NCBI RefSeq assembly: GCF_963921235.1
Contig: NC_086109.1
Location: 32,738,001 to 32,802,000 of the forward strand
DNA length: 64,000 bases
Origin: Mobula hypostoma
Taxonomy: Eukaryota
Reading direction: 5' to 3'
A model generated the notes under the pieces. It made no database searches, was not told the DNA's origin, and saw only the letters and a list, made by a program, of their open reading frames with translations. Each line of letters opens with the position of its first letter. Position 1 is the first letter of the stretch. Positions 11,539-25,455 of the stretch are shown one piece after another. Both the position numbers and the translations under genes were made by a program.

Positions 11539-12722
11539 GTAAATTTCTTTTAATTTTTCTTGTAATATTATTCGATTTTGATCAGATCAACTCATTTCTT
11601 TAGTGTACTTTTGGATTTTACTATTTTTCCCTATTTAGTTTATGATCTAACATGTGAATGCATTTGAAGGAGAGGAATAACATATCCATTTGCTTTATGT
11701 GCTAGATGTGCAAAGTATACAGTACATTGTGAACTCTTTTGGTTTGACTTAAGTGGAGCCAAATTTCAAGATTGGACTTCAATATGTATATATTACTATA
11801 CCTCAAGTTTGTTACATTAATTACTAGTTGTTTCTTCTTTATTTTAATTATGAATGTTGCTCTCAAATAATATTCCTGGTAACTCCATTATTCTCTCTTC
11901 ACATAAGATTATCAAAGCAAGTCAATTTTCTTTGGTTTTAATCGGAATTTTGATACAATTTTCATCAATTTTGAAATTTGCACTTAAATTGAGATTGTCC
12001 ATGTAAAACTATTAGTGTTCCTAATCTCACTTACACATTGATTTTTTTTAAAACAATATTGCACTGTCTCTACCAATATCTATCAGCAGTCATCAAAATG
12101 GTCTGAGACTTAGTTGGTGAATTTCACTTCCTTTTTGTTATCAGGTGTCACTATAGCAAGTAGAACTATTGCTTACTGTGAATGTATGGAAAGGATGAAA
12201 TAGCTTTACTTTGAGTTTGATTCAGAGCTCAACTACCACATTTTTATTTTTTAGATGTGCAATTAGTGCAATGGAAGTATATTATCAATAGGAATGGTTG
12301 AACACAGATAGGAAATCTTGAGATTTGCCAGGAAGGGAGAATTGTTGTGAAGACCAATTATAACAAGGTTATAGAAAATGCTGGAGTTGCTAATTTTAGA
12401 AAAGATACAGGTCTAGTTTACTATGAATTGTTGGCTATTCATTTGGTATGCTGGTATGCTGAGATTGTGTAAAACATAACCAGTCATATCTGTAATGAAT
12501 ACAAATGGTCAGCATTGTATTCACAGTGTTAATCATATGAATTCAAAGTTAAGGAAGCATTTCAATAGCTGTTATCAATAGCAAATATGTAATTTCTATT
12601 TTACAACATTTACTTTCAGTGCAGAGTGCTGCAAATTCCACTTGGTTGTGGTTTTGGTTAGATATTGTGAAACTTTCTCCAGAAATATTAAAGCAAGGTG
12701 GAAACCTGATTACCGGATTCTA

Positions 12723-13302
12723 TCAGAATCAGAACCGGGTTTATATGATGTGAAATAGTTTTTTTGGTAGGAATACAGTGGATAAAGTTACAGTAAGTTA
12801 TAAACTAAATAAATAGAGCGAAATAAAAGTGCAATGTAATGTTCATGAGTTCACGCATCATTCAGATATTTGATGGTGCAGGGGAAGAAGCTTTTTCTGA
12901 ATCATTGAGTGTGGGTCTTCAGGCTCCTGTCCATCCACCCTGATGGGAGTAATGAAAAGGGCGTATATCCCAAATGGTGAAAGTCCTTAATGACGACTGC
13001 CACTTTTCTGAGGCACTACCTCCTGAAAATGTCTTCAGTGTTGGGGAGGGTTCTGCCCTTGATGGAGCTGGTTGAATCTACCAGCTCCTTGTGAGCAGCC
13101 TCTTGTGATCCTTTGTATTGCAGCCTTCAAGCCAGACTGTGACACAATTAGTCTGAGTGCTCTCCAGGGTAAATCTGCAATGGTCCGGTGACATCTCAAA
13201 TCTCCTCAGACTCCATATGAAGTAGAGTCAATGCTGTGCCTACTTCTTGAGTTTTTCAATGTGTTGGGCTCATAGTAGATCCTCCGAGATGTTAACACCC
13301 AG
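12723..13302 (-). mobile_element. Degenerate Rex/Babar-type LINE 3' fragment
   Basis: AGAATCAGAA tail and GGGGAAGAAGCT.TT.CTGAA...GAGTGTG.GTCTTCAG, the antisense of the conserved RT C-terminus. Related pieces at 40270-40480 and 60390-60850. Confidence 0.6.
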
Positions 13303-14172
13303 TGTCATTTGATCCTTTGCAGAGAGGAGTGTAATATTACTGAAAGAAAATTGTTGAAAAGTCAAAGCTAATGCATTAAAGTATGTCCTCTGGTTCTCCA
13401 AGTCAAAATGCTATTCACTCTATACATCAGAACTGTAAACATTATAGAAAATTCCTCTTGTGATCAGTGTATAGTAGATTTAGTACTGTTAATGCGTCAC
13501 TGCAGAGGTCTTGTTTTCCTTTGAATAATACAACAACGCTGAACGTAGTGGATAAATTAGCACCTACTCAAAAATTTCATTCAACAGCTATTCCTTAGCA
13601 AGAATGGTTTTTAACAGCTGTTCCATTGCATTGTATCCAATTCGACATAGTTATTTTTAAAGCTTTGGTTTGAAGTTTTCAGATTATTTCTATCATGATG
13701 AAGGTCCCAGTTTCATCAAAAAAATTGCAGAATTTCAAACGTTCAGATATGAAGAGGCTACTTTATAATTTCAAAGTATTTATCAATGAAGGCATGCAGG
13801 AGAGCATATTATTCTAGATGAGGGATGTAAAAATTAAAATTGTTTCCATATTTCCATAACTAACAATTTATGGTATTGGTACAGAACATTTTTTTTCTGT
13901 AAATAGTTGGAGTAGTGAAGTCTAATTTATCTTCAGCAGGGAGAGTAGCAACAATGACTTCTTTGTGTCCACAATGTATCCCATGGTGCAGGGATAATCA
14001 GATAGGTTAGAGTACAGTAGTTGCAAACTTTGTGATTAGTGTGGATTGAAGATGGAATAGCTGCCAATATTCAGAATTACTCCTCCAGCTCTGCACAAAA
14101 TGACATTTTGTTTTAGCTAGAAGCTCTACTGTTTTAAAACTATTGTGCTAACTATTACTGAGTTAAATATTA

Positions 14173-14680
14173 CACTTAGTTGCCACTTTATCAGGTACAC
14201 CTGTGCACTTGTTGGTTTTCAGCCAATCCCGAGGAAAGAATTCAATGTATAAAAGCATGCAGACATGGTCAAGAGGTTCATTTATTGCTCAGGCCAAACA
14301 TCAGAATGGGGAAGAAATGTGATATAAGTGTCTGTGGAATGATTGTTGGTGCCAGATCGCATGGTTTGAGTATTGTTAATCTCCTGGGATTTTATCACAC
14401 AGTCATCTCCAGGGTTTATAGAGAATGGTGCGTAAACCAAACAAAACCCAGTGAGCGGTAGTTCTGTGGGCGAGAATGCTTTCTTAATAAGAGAGGAGAA
14501 TGGCCAGACTTGTTCAAGCTGACAGGAAGGTGACTAACTCAAATAACCACATGTTGCAACAGCGGTGTGCGGAAGAGCATCGCTGAATGCATCTCATGTC
14601 AAACCTTTAAGTGGATTGGCTACAGCAACAGAAGATCATACTGGGTCCACTCCTGTGCCTAATAAAGTACTCACTGGGTG
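14173..14680 (+). mobile_element. Internally deleted Tc1-like element/MITE
   Basis: TIRs CACTTAGTTGCCACTTTATCAGGTACA and TGTGCCTAATAAAGTACTCACTGGGTG. The interior encodes a transposase N-terminal HTH remnant (MGKKCD..GMIVGAR..GLSI..LLGF.HTVISRVYREW). Confidence 0.8.
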
Positions 14681-15384
14681 CACGCCCATCAGCTTAACTG
14701 TGGGGAGGATTATTCTTTATTTTACACAACATTGTATTGCATTAGTGTTAAGAAGTAGAAATAGTACACCGATTATGTGGGGGATGTTTACTTTCCTTTG
14801 GAATCAAAGCACAAGCCTTATTTGCAACCAATTTATGGTATAGCTGATCTTGGTTTAGTAATAGTTGTTACAAAAAAAGTAGTATACTTCATCAGTAAAA
14901 TGTCAAAAAGATGAAGTTTTTTTATATATAGAAAGGAAAACATGCAGAATATGTATGTTTGTAACAAATAAGGAAGCAAGCATTGCTGATTATAGTTCCA
15001 CATATTTTGCCTAATTGATACAACTTTGGGATTTCCATGCAAAGTTTGAAGTTAAGTTGTGGCTAAAATATTAGCAAACAGTCAAAAAGGCTTTTGTGAT
15101 TTGAGGAATTGAGTACACGATTGCTCCAGTTATATTGAATCCTGGAAGAAGCAGGATTGATTGGATGGCGGATGCCATATAAGGAGAGTTTAAGTGGACT
15201 GGTCCTTAATTGAACTGAATTTAGAAGAGTGAAAGGTAATCTCGTTAAAATGTGCGAAGTCCTTAAAGGAGTCAACAGGGTAGATATGGAGTTGATGTTC
15301 CCTTTGACTGGGGAGCCTAGGCCTAAGGGTCACCATTTCAAAATGAGAAATCAGTCATTCAAGGCAGAGATGAGAAGAAATTAC

Positions 15385-15611
15385 TTTCTCCTTTCTCCTC
15401 CTATCAGATTCCTTTTTCTCCAGGCCTTGACCTTTCCCACCCATCTGGCTTCACCAATCACTTTCCAGCTAGACTCCTTTTCCTTCCCCCACCTTTTTAT
15501 TCTGGCATCTTCCCCCATCCTACTCAGTCCTGAAGAAGGGTTTCAGCCTGAAACATTTCCATAGATACTTCCTGACCTGCTGAGTCCCTGCAGCATTTTT
15601 TGTGTGTTGCT
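15385..15611 (+). mobile_element. Older PLE pLTR remnant with degenerate hammerhead (CTGAAGA 15530, GAAA 15550), preceded by a CR1 RT remnant at ~15215-15385
   Basis: CAGTCCTGAAGAAGGGTTTCAGCCTGAAAC...CCTGACCTGCTGAGT.CC..CAGCATTTT..TGTGTGTTGC, similar to the other pLTR copies. Confidence 0.7.
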
Positions 15612-16469
15612 TTAAACTTAAGGTCATGTTACAACTGCAGTAAACTAAGCCTTGACCACACCTGAAGTTCTGGATTATGGGCACCACACCTTATTCAACA
15701 TTCACATTGGTTTTAGAAGGAATGTGGTGCAGATTGCTACAGTAATGGTTGATGAAATCATAAGGAGGAATTTCACAAGACTGAGTTGTATCTCCAGTGG
15801 AAGTGAAAGATTAAAAACTGATTTGGTCAAATTTCTCAAGCTCGTAATGGGGTTGATAGAGGATACCTATTTTTGCTGGTTAGAGAATCTAGGAGTGTGA
15901 AATATGGCCTGCAAAGGAGATCAAGGAGCAAAGTCTGGAAACCAGGCTGCGTCAAAATTATGTTGGAAAATTGGAATTTCTTCTGAAAATGATGATTGAC
16001 CTGGGGTTAACTGTTGTTTTTTAACTTAAAATAATTGACTAATCAAAATCAATAAGCGACTTTAAAAAGGGAAAAGATTTCAAAGGAGGAAATGAGACAT
16101 GATTTCATTGTCTGGTGGAGCATACTTGAAGGACTAACACACTCCTTTCTAAGTCTGCAATAGACTGAGAATGGCTGGCTGCCCTCCCTTGACAATTTGC
16201 CCAACTGCACCATCTGTTTAATTCACAACAAAACTCACTTGAAAGAGCAAATGGTGGTGTCGTCACTAGTTCAAGAGTCAAACGTTCAGGACTTGGGAAC
16301 ATCAGTTTAAACTGAAACATTTTAGCCACGCCCTGTGGCAGTTGACCAAGTTCCTGATTCCGCAACACATTTATAAGGGGCAAGAAAAGCCTACTCTGGA
16401 ATATTTTTCAGTGAACAAAATTAGTTTCACTCGTAATTCCACTTTATTATTTTAATCTTGCAAGTTCAA

Positions 16470-17057
16470 AGGAATACAACACACTTGTGATTGGGGAATC
16501 TCTTTGTTGAGCACATCTACTCTATCCACCAAAAGTGACATTTTCCAGTGGCCAGCCATTTTAATTCCTTTTACCCATTCCCATTCCAACATGTTGGTCC
16601 ATGAGGCCATCTTCAGGGTGGAGAAGCAACACCTCATATTCCATCTAGGTAGCCTTCAACATGATGTCATGAACATCGATTTGTCCTTCTGGTAATTTTT
16701 TTCCCTCCCCCTTCTCTTCTTCTATTCCCCACTCTGGCCTCTTGCTTCTTCTCTTCACCTCCCCCTGGTGCCCCTCCTTCACTTTCTCCTATGGTCCACT
16801 CTCCTCTTCTGTCAGATTCCTCCTTCTCCATCCGTTTACATTTACCTGGCTTCACCTATAACTTTCTAGCTAGTCCTCTTTCCACTCTCCCCCACCTTTA
16901 TATTCTGGCGAACTCCCCCTTCCTTTCTAGTCCTGAAGAATGGTCTCGGCCCAAAATGTTGACTCTTTATTCATTTCCATAGATGTTGCCTGAGCTGCTG
17001 AATTTCTCCAGCATTTTGTGTGTGCTGTTCTGGATTTCCAGCATCTGCAGAATCTCA
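16470..17057 (+). mobile_element. Older PLE 3' fragment (GIY-YIG remnant and pLTR; hammerhead GAAA box mutated)
   Basis: HSHSNMLVHEAIFRVEKQHLIFHLGSLQHDVMNIDLSFW* is homologous to 1038-1364. pLTR at 16925-17052. Confidence 0.8.
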
Positions 17058-20000
17058 ACACTTTGTCCCACATTGTATTCCTGCCCAAGCCAGTCCATGC
17101 TTTGTAATACTGTGGTGTTCAGAACTGACAAAGTGCTCCCATGTGGTGTCAGAGTCAATGCAGAGTGGAACATAGAACAGTCCTGATGCAATGCCTTATC
17201 CCAAAATGTCGATGATCCTTATGCCTCTACAGATGCTGCCTGGCCCACTGAGTCTCCCATGCAGCTCGCTTTTCTTGCTCTAGATCCTATGGTTTTCATA
17301 TCTCGTGTCTCCAATGCAGTGTGGAATCTGGACTTTACACACTCATCCGTTTGACACAAATCAGGATCAAGAAAGGAAACTTTCAGTCTTCCTCTTCCAA
17401 ATTCAGTGGTCCAAGCTGTGATGAAAAGCCCTGCACCATTACGGGATGAAGTGGCACCCATCCTGACCCATTCGTTTCCCACAGAGTGTAAAATGCCTGC
17501 AGCATTTCAACAAGGCATTTTCATTAACAGCTCCCAAGTACATGACTTCCACCAGCAAGAAGGACAAGGAATGCAGATCTATGGAAATATCATCAGCTAG
17601 AAGATCTGCTCCAAGCCCCATGTCTATCCTGATTTGGTTAGGTTGTCCCAGAAGTTAAAGGCAATAAGGCTGAAGTGCTTGCATTATATTCCAGGTCAGG
17701 ATGATGTCCTACTTGGAAGTGCTTGTGTTCCCATTCACCTGCTGCCCTTATACTATGTGCCTTTTACAGATGGTACATACTGTTCTCACTGTATCCCAAT
17801 GGTGATGTTTAGGATGATGAATTGATACTGCTTAAGTAGGCTGCTTTGTCCTGGAGGGTGCCAAGTTTCCTGACAGTTGTTGATTTTGTACTCATTCATG
17901 AAAGTAAAGAGTAGATGGTAGAAAAGATTTGCAGCATCAGGAGGTGAGTCACTTCCTGCAGGATATTCTGCTTTTGGACAGTTATTGTAACTCTAGCACT
18001 TCAGTGGCTGATCAGGTTGACTTTCTGATGAATAGGTACTCCCCATATCATTGCTGGTGGGTGACATGGTGATGGTAATGCTGTTGAGTAACAAGAGTAT
18101 ATGGTTGGACTTTCCTTGCTAAAGAAGGTCAATTCTTGACATTTGCCAAGGGCATTATATTATTTGCCAGGTGGGACTGATCAGATTTCCATGCCCGAAT
18201 GTTGTCTTGGTCTTGTTACATGAGGGTATGGACTGCTTCATTTTGGTGAGGAGTTGCGAATGAAAATGCACATTGTGAAATTAGCAGCAAACATTCCTAC
18301 ATCTTGAAAGCTATAGATGAATTAGATGAAGATAATCTGGTTTTTGACACTACCCAGTGGAATTCCTACAGTGATGCCTTGGATTAGGATGATTGACTTC
18401 TAGTAACTCTATTAGTGTGTGGGTTTCCTCCAGGTGCTCCAGTTTCCTCCCATAGTCCAAAGATATACAGGTTAATTGGTCATTTTACTTGTCCTGTGAT
18501 GATGCTAGAGTTAAATAGGTGGGTTTCTAGGTAGTGTGGCTCGTTAGCCAGAAGGATCTGTTCTTCGCTGTATCAATCAATCAATAAATCAATAAAGAGA
18601 TGCTGTGAGCATCTTCTGTTGTGTAGGCATGACCAAAAACTGGACTGCTACCTTTGATGACCATCAATTTTAATTTTACTAAGATCTTCAATGCCACTCT
18701 CAGTCAAATGTGGCTTAGTTGTCAAGGGTAATCATTCTGTACTCGTAGAGTAATCTGTAGAGCTGTTGCCTCAGAGCTCCAATAGCCTGGGGTCAATTCT
18801 GAGTCAATGGAGCTAATACTGGGCAGTGTGCATGGTCTCCCTGTAACTGTATGGTATTCACTAGAGTACATGCATCCCAAAGATGCATGATCTGGTGGTC
18901 TATTTGGCAACTATAAATTACCCATTGTGTAGGTGGGCGGTAGAAGAACCAGAATGACATTGATGAGCATGTGAAGGACAGTAGGCTACAGTGAACGAAG
19001 GGGCTGAAAGGTGGCATTGCTCTGAAAACTAGTATGATCTCAACGGGCTGAATGGCCTCGTTCTACACCATATGTAAATATCAGAACATAATCTGTGGTA
19101 CTCAGTTTGTTAGCTGATGTTTAGACCAAGAACGGTTCAGAGGTCAATTGGTCCTGATAAAAAGCAAACAAGACATTGGTGAATAGGTTGTCACTCAGCA
19201 GGTGTAGCTTGGTAGCATAATCAATCGCAACCAACACTTAACAGATGACTGATTAGCCGATTGGAATAAATTTGTCCTTCTCTTTTATATCCTGATGACC
19301 GCATCATATCAAAATTAGTTTCAAGCTGCCTTATTTATTTAATGGAATGACGGTTCATTGTAGAATGTTGAATTAGCATAATTATCCAATATGGGAACAC
19401 TGAGCATTTAACACTTCTTTCCATCATAAGGTCATGGGTCATAAGGTAGACACTCACTCTTTATCACAATGTTCAATTCCATTCACATTTCCTCAGCACA
19501 TGAATCAGTCCATGTCTGCATATACTTAGACAAAGACAAAATTCATTCACAGGTTGACACATGGTAAGTAATACTCTTGCCACACAAGTGCTAGACATTG
19601 TCTAGTTTCAGTAGGAAAGTGATCATCAATAGCATTATTTTTGCTGAACTTCCACCATCTGTACCCCGGGAGTCACCATTTTCCAGAAATTAAACTGGAC
19701 AGGCCAGATAAATACAGGAGCTGCAAGGACAAGTCAAAAGTTGGGTAGCTTTTGGTGAGTGATTCATCTCTTGACACTGAAAAATCAAATCACAAGTCAG
19801 GAGTGTGACTATATCCAGGAAAAAGCAGTCCACTACATCAGCACCCCATTGATGACCTTAAGCATTTATCCTCAGTACCACAAGGGCATTGCCATTGCAC
19901 TGCAGTTGCTCAGATAAGCAAATCTGACCGCACTCCTGAACCACCAAGAAGGCTAAGGACAGAAGATAGATGGCACACGAGCAGGTTCTTCTCCAAGCTA

Positions 20001-20719
20001 AAGACCATCCTGATTTGGAAATTTATCATTGGCTCTTCATCATTGTTAGATCCATATCGTGAAACTCCTTCACAAGAAGAGCAATGGAGTGTCTTCACCT
20101 GATAGACAGCAGAGATAAAAGACCCAAAGATTAAAGATTTGTCTTATTTGTCATATGTTGATCAAAACATCGGAAAATACAGTGAAATGCATCGTTTTGC
20201 ATCAAACCACATCATTGAGGGTTGTGCTAGGCAGCCTGCAGTGTTGCCACCAATATAGCATGCCCTCAACTCACTAACCCTAATCTACACCTCTTTGGAA
20301 TGTGGGAGGAAACCGGAGAACTAGGGGAAACCTACACGGTTACGGGGAGAAGGTACAAATTCTTTACAGGCAGCAGTAGGAATTGAACTGCTTTCATTGA
20401 AAATTAGCGTTGTAAAGCAATGTGGTAACAACCACACTACTGAGCCACCTCTTTAAGAACATTCTTTAAAAGATGAATATAAAAATAAAATAGGCAGCGT
20501 AGAACTATTTCTCGAAATCATGTTCTGATAAAAAGCTTTTCTGATTATTCCATATTTTGTGTTAATAATATTAGTTAAAAAGAAGTATGTGTGAAAAATG
20601 CTCAGTACAGGTATTGCAGTTGGAGCACAATAATGTCTCTGTAAATTACAGAACTAATGAACTAGAATGCTACTATTAGTGGGAGGGTATGAGCATAAAG
20701 TAATGTTTCCTCATTAACA

Positions 20720-21946
20720 TCTATATACTACTAAAACTCTCATGCTCTGTTTGTCTGTTTGTGACCTCCAATTAGTGCAAATGATGCATTACAGCTGGGC
20801 CTTTTTTGGCTAAATCAAATTAAAATGCGCTAACTTACAGAATGCAGGCAAAGTTCAGGGTTATATATTCGTATAAAATTGCTCATTTGCAAAAATTAAC
20901 AGGCTTCCTTTTAACCTGAGAGCCGATCCGCCATCATGGAAATTGGGACACGACAGCCCGACACATGCGTACGTCCAGCCTCAGCAGCGACACCTACTGG
21001 AGCAGAAGGGCAGGGCAGCTCTATTTCGAGGGGTCACATTCTGCTAATCACCATCAGCATGAGCAGGATTGGGACAGATCTAACTGCCACCCATTAATAA
21101 GAGATAATTAAATCTTATTGTAATAACATACTTCGAGACAACCATAAAACCATTTGCTGCAGTCAAAGGACAGCGGTGACTATATCACGTCCATTTAGGA
21201 GAGTGCCAACCACATCATCAAGAATAATCAGCATCCTTTGGTGTTACTGCTTCATATCTACTATCCAGCATTAAGGTAAAAAAAAAATGGTCAGCCTAAT
21301 TATGCTGTGTGGAAAGGGAAGGTGGACATTATGGTCAAGAGATGACGCCAAATGTCATTGGGAAGCGGCAAGGAAAGGAAGAGAACAAGAATCAGATGAG
21401 GCCAGGGCCGCACGACTCCAGAGTCAAAGAGTCAGGACAAAAAAAGATGAGAGAAGAAGAGACAGAGGAGGAGAGGCATGCACATCTCCAGGATCAGAGA
21501 CAGAGAACAAACAGCAGAAGAGATGAAGAGACGGGGGATGAAAGGGCTGCACATCTCCAGAATGACAAAAACAGGCACAGAAGGAGGAGAGAGGAAGAGA
21601 CAAAGGAGCTGAGAAATTCACATCTCCAGGATCAGAGACAAAGAACAAACAGCAGAGAAGATGAAGAGACGGGGGATGAAAGGACTGCACGTCTCCAGAA
21701 TGACAACAAAAGGCATGAAGGTGGCAGATAACCCAGAAATGATGCCATCAAAAGTGTCCTTCGTTAAATGAGGAGGAGCTATATTTGCTTTGCTACGTGT
21801 CGTTCTTCTTTAATAATCTGAGGTTTTCTACTTCAAAGCAAAGCGATACCAATAGCATTCAGAAAAATTTAATGTTCATTCTGGTCACATCAGACTGCAC
21901 TACTCTTCTCTCAAAGGGTGCCCCAACGGGTCATCCTGTTGTCTAG
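20720..21946 (+). mobile_element. Non-autonomous Helitron (1227 bp)
   Basis: 5' A|TCTATATACTACTAAAA, 3' hairpin CAACGGG-TCAT-CCTGTTG (21924-21941) then TCTAG|T. It sits between A and T with no TSD. Confidence 0.8.
21302..21731 (+). pseudogene. Helitron-internal ORF of five 23-aa STPR-like repeats, with one frameshift in the A-run at 21439-21445
   Basis: ESDEARAARLQSQRVRTKK(MREE) / ETEEERHAHLQDQRQRTNSRRDE / ETGDERAAHLQNDKNRHRRRREE / ETKELRNSHLQDQRQRTNSREDE / ETGDERTARLQNDNKRH. Confidence 0.72.
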
Positions 21947-22654
21947 TAGATCCACAAAATCAATGATGGTAAACATTAACAGAAGTAAAACAAGCAAATG
22001 GAAGATATCTTCTGTATTTTAGATATTGTCGTGTTAAAATAGATGTTGCCTTTCTTACTACATCTCATAAAAAATGATCTGTTTGAAACAATATTACAAG
22101 GAAATTAACAACTTGCAAAGAAAATCTGATTCCCGATATTGTATTAATAAAACAATCAGTCACACATGTAAAATTTCAATGATAAATCCCATGCCAAAAA
22201 TAATGCCCAGTTCTTCCTTAAATTAACTAATTTGTTAATTCATTTGTCAGTTTTAAAGCTTCTAATCACTTCAACTGATTTGCATTATACACATGTCAGA
22301 ACACGTCTTTACTTTTACAATCATATGTAATATTAAAGACAGTTCGAACCATCAACTGACCAGCTCGCAGTGTCCTATTTATTTCAGTTCTGTGTTGTGA
22401 CTTGCGGGTGCATCTACAAAAATATGTTATGATTGACACCTACTAGATTTTTGACTGCACAATAATTGCTTTCTCATTGTTAGTCATATTTTGATTGTGA
22501 AATTGCAACTTGGATTTAATTTAACAAAGGCATATGTTGCAAATGTTAATATAAGAATGCATAAGTTTCTACTGTTTAGCAGTTGTTTTAACCCATTACA
22601 GCTTCTTAACTTGGGACAGCATGATTTTCATGAACATATTAATTATTTTTGAAT

Positions 22655-24060
22655 TAAGAACTTGAGAAAATATAGGACTTAGGGCATTATTCCTTGGAGC
22701 GTAAGAAAATCAGGGGAGATATGACAGATGTATACAAAAATTGGGTGGCAGGGTGGAGATACATCTCTACCATAGGCGGTGTGAGACACTCCTTCCCTTT
22801 GCTAGCCTGCAGGTCACCCTTGGGCAAGGTGTAGCACCTGCTTAGCCCTGCCCAATCAGGGTCATGTGAAGCAGGTGCTGGACGATCGTATGAGCAGCTG
22901 GTGCATATCACAAGTCCAGGTTATGCAACCACTGATGCCAGGTAGACAATCTCTGAAGTGTGCTGATAATGGCTGGTGTCACCTGTCTTGTAAAGACACC
23001 ACCCAGAAGGCAATAGCAAACCACTTCTGTAGAAAAATTTGCCAAGAACATTTATGGTCATAGAAAGACTGCGATCGTCTACGTCATACGGCACGGCACA
23101 TAACGAACAAACAATATTAAGTTATGAGGGGTGTAGATAGCATAGGTTCCTTAAGTTTGTTATAGCTGGGGGGAGGTAGTGGTGATAAGCTCCCACTACC
23201 TATCAAATGCTGCTAATGGTGTACATCTCAAAAAGCTTCTGACAACCAAGTCCAGCTCCTGGCCATCACATGTGGCTTAGCTACTAAGCCCGGTGGTACC
23301 ATTTCTACTGACAGCAGAAGGGACAAAGGCGGATTACTGGTGCTGTAAAACCAATCACTTTGGGCAGGTGGGACTCCTTAGCTGTGGTTGGCAGCTCATC
23401 TAGGAGAAGGAAAACCCTGGTCTCAAACCACTGCTGCCTGGCAGGTATGCCAACTCATGGGGCAGTCCTCAGGAGTAAACCCCAGGGAAAAATCTGAATT
23501 GGCAGTCCCTAAGGCAGTCGTACGTTGAGTTCAACACTGACTGGCAACTCCTGTGATGCTGCTGGTACCAAACTGTATCAGTCACTGCCATTCCTTTGGA
23601 TTCATCAGTTGCATGAAGAGGGGGAGCCTGTTACATGGGCAACAGCTTGCTCTCCTAATCGTACTGCCCTGGCTTCTGTGCCTAGACAACTGAGAGGCAA
23701 CATCTATGGTCAAACTCTGACCAAGAGAGGGGCCTCCTTTGATAGTGCAAGTGCAAGCAGGCTTTTTCCACTGAGGCAGGGTGAGACTAAATCTAGAGAT
23801 TATAGGCTGGGTGAAATTGAAATATTTAAGGGGAACCTGAAGGAGAACTTCACTCAGAGGGCGGTGAGAATGTGGAACAAGCTGCCAGTAGGTGTGATGG
23901 ATGCAGGTTTGATTTCACATTTAAGAAAAATTTGGATACGTACTGCACATGGATGGGCAGTGTATGGAGGTCAATGGGACTAGACAGAATAATAGTCCAG
24001 CATAGACTAGATGGGTTGAAGGACCCGTTTCTGTGTTGCAGTGCTCTGCAACTCTGAGTC
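22655..24060 (+). mobile_element. CR1 3' fragment interrupted by two probable RTE-related non-autonomous insertions (~22745-23113 and ~23150-23740)
   Basis: CR1 peptide pieces (LGLRALFLGA/RGDMTDVYK at 22670-22740; RLFPLRQGETKSR..FKGNLKENFTQRAVRMWNKLP at 23755-23890) are collinear but separated by two GC-richer blocks. The first block ends in an (A)AC-rich tail. The RTE assignment rests on recall only. Confidence 0.55.
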
Positions 24061-25179
24061 TATATGAAATACGGGCAGGAGTAGGCCATTTGTCCCTTCA
24101 GGTATTCTCTGTCATTTGGGTGACAAAATGGCACAATAGTCAGCACCAGTGCATCATAGATCTAGGGGCACAGATTCGATCCTGATCAGGCGTGCTGCCT
24201 CTGTAAAATTTCCACATTCTTGCTGTGACCACATCGGGGGCTCTGGTGTTCTTCCACATCCCAAAAAACTGTTGTGAAGTCAATTGGTGATGAATTGGCT
24301 CCTAGTGTAGGAAAATGGTAAAATAATCTAAGGGCACTGGATAGGCAGGTTAAAGAGAATATGGGGAAATGGGTTGGGACATAGTGGTTTATTATGACAC
24401 TATTATAGCTCTTGGTGTTGAAGCTCTGAGTTCAATTTTGACATCATCTGTAAGAGGACTGTTTGTCCTCCCTGTGGAACGTGTGGGTTTTCTTTGGGTC
24501 CTCTGGTTTCCTCTCACAGTCCAAAGATGGACTGGTTGGTAGATTAATTGGTCATTGTAACTAGTTCTGTGATTAGACTAGGGTTAAATTAGGGGTTGCT
24601 GGGAGGAGTGGCTCAAACTTCTGGAAGGTCCTATTTCACCTTGTGTCTCTGAAATAAAATTAATTAAACATAACAGAGGACAGATGAGATTGATCGCTGG
24701 GAGTTGCTGAGTGACCTTATTTTCGGCAGAGCAGTAAAGAAAGCTTTCATCACAAATGTGGCTGAGCCAGTTTCCAGCCCTGTCCCCATACCCTTGTCTT
24801 CTTGGTATCTCCAGCAAACTATCATACTTAGTGAAAAATTAACCCAAAGACTCAGTATCCTGTGAGTGAAGATAGTTTTTCTTGTCTAGGGTGTAGGCTG
24901 CCTGTCTGTATCCTGAAATTGTAATTCCTAGTTCCAGAATCTTCATCCAGGGGAATCACTTTCCCTGCATTTACCCTGTAGGAAATGTGTAGGCTTCAAT
25001 GGAATCTTGTCCTTTCTTCTGAACCGTAAGGAATCTAGGCCTAGACTACTCAATCTCTCCTCATATGGCAAGACCACTTTGCTTGGACCCAGACAAGTGA
25101 ATCTTCTGTCCCTCCAAGGCATGTTTCCCGCCTTTCTTAAGCCAGGAGACCAAAACTGTGCACAGTCTTCTATTTTTTT

Positions 25180-25455
25180 TTATTTATTCATTTATGGGGT
25201 GTGGGTGTCGCCAGCTATGCCAGCATTTATTGCCCATCCCTAGTTGCCATTGAGAAGGTGGTGATGACCTGCCTTGTTGAACCATTGGAGTCCCTGAGGT
25301 GTAGGTACACCCACAGTGCTGTTAGGGAGGGAATTCCATGATTTTGACCCAACAACAATGAAGAAATGGTGATATGTTTCCAAGTCAGGAAGGCAAGTGA
25401 CTTGGAAGGGATTTCCGAGTGGTGGTGTTCCCAGGTTTCTGCTGTGCCGTATCAT
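25180..25455 (-). mobile_element. LINE (CR1/L2-group) 3' fragment
   Basis: Minus peptide FIVVGSKSWNSLPNSTVG.PT..GLQWFNKAGHHHLL resembles an RT C-terminus. Related older remnants at ~17560-18400 and ~19550-20110. Confidence 0.55.

Noticed and set aside
21287..21731. Trichohyalin-like or other host coiled-coil exon
   Set aside because: It is frameshifted, enclosed by Helitron-type termini, and not needed for the INAVA frame, since exon 1 joins exon 2 in phase.
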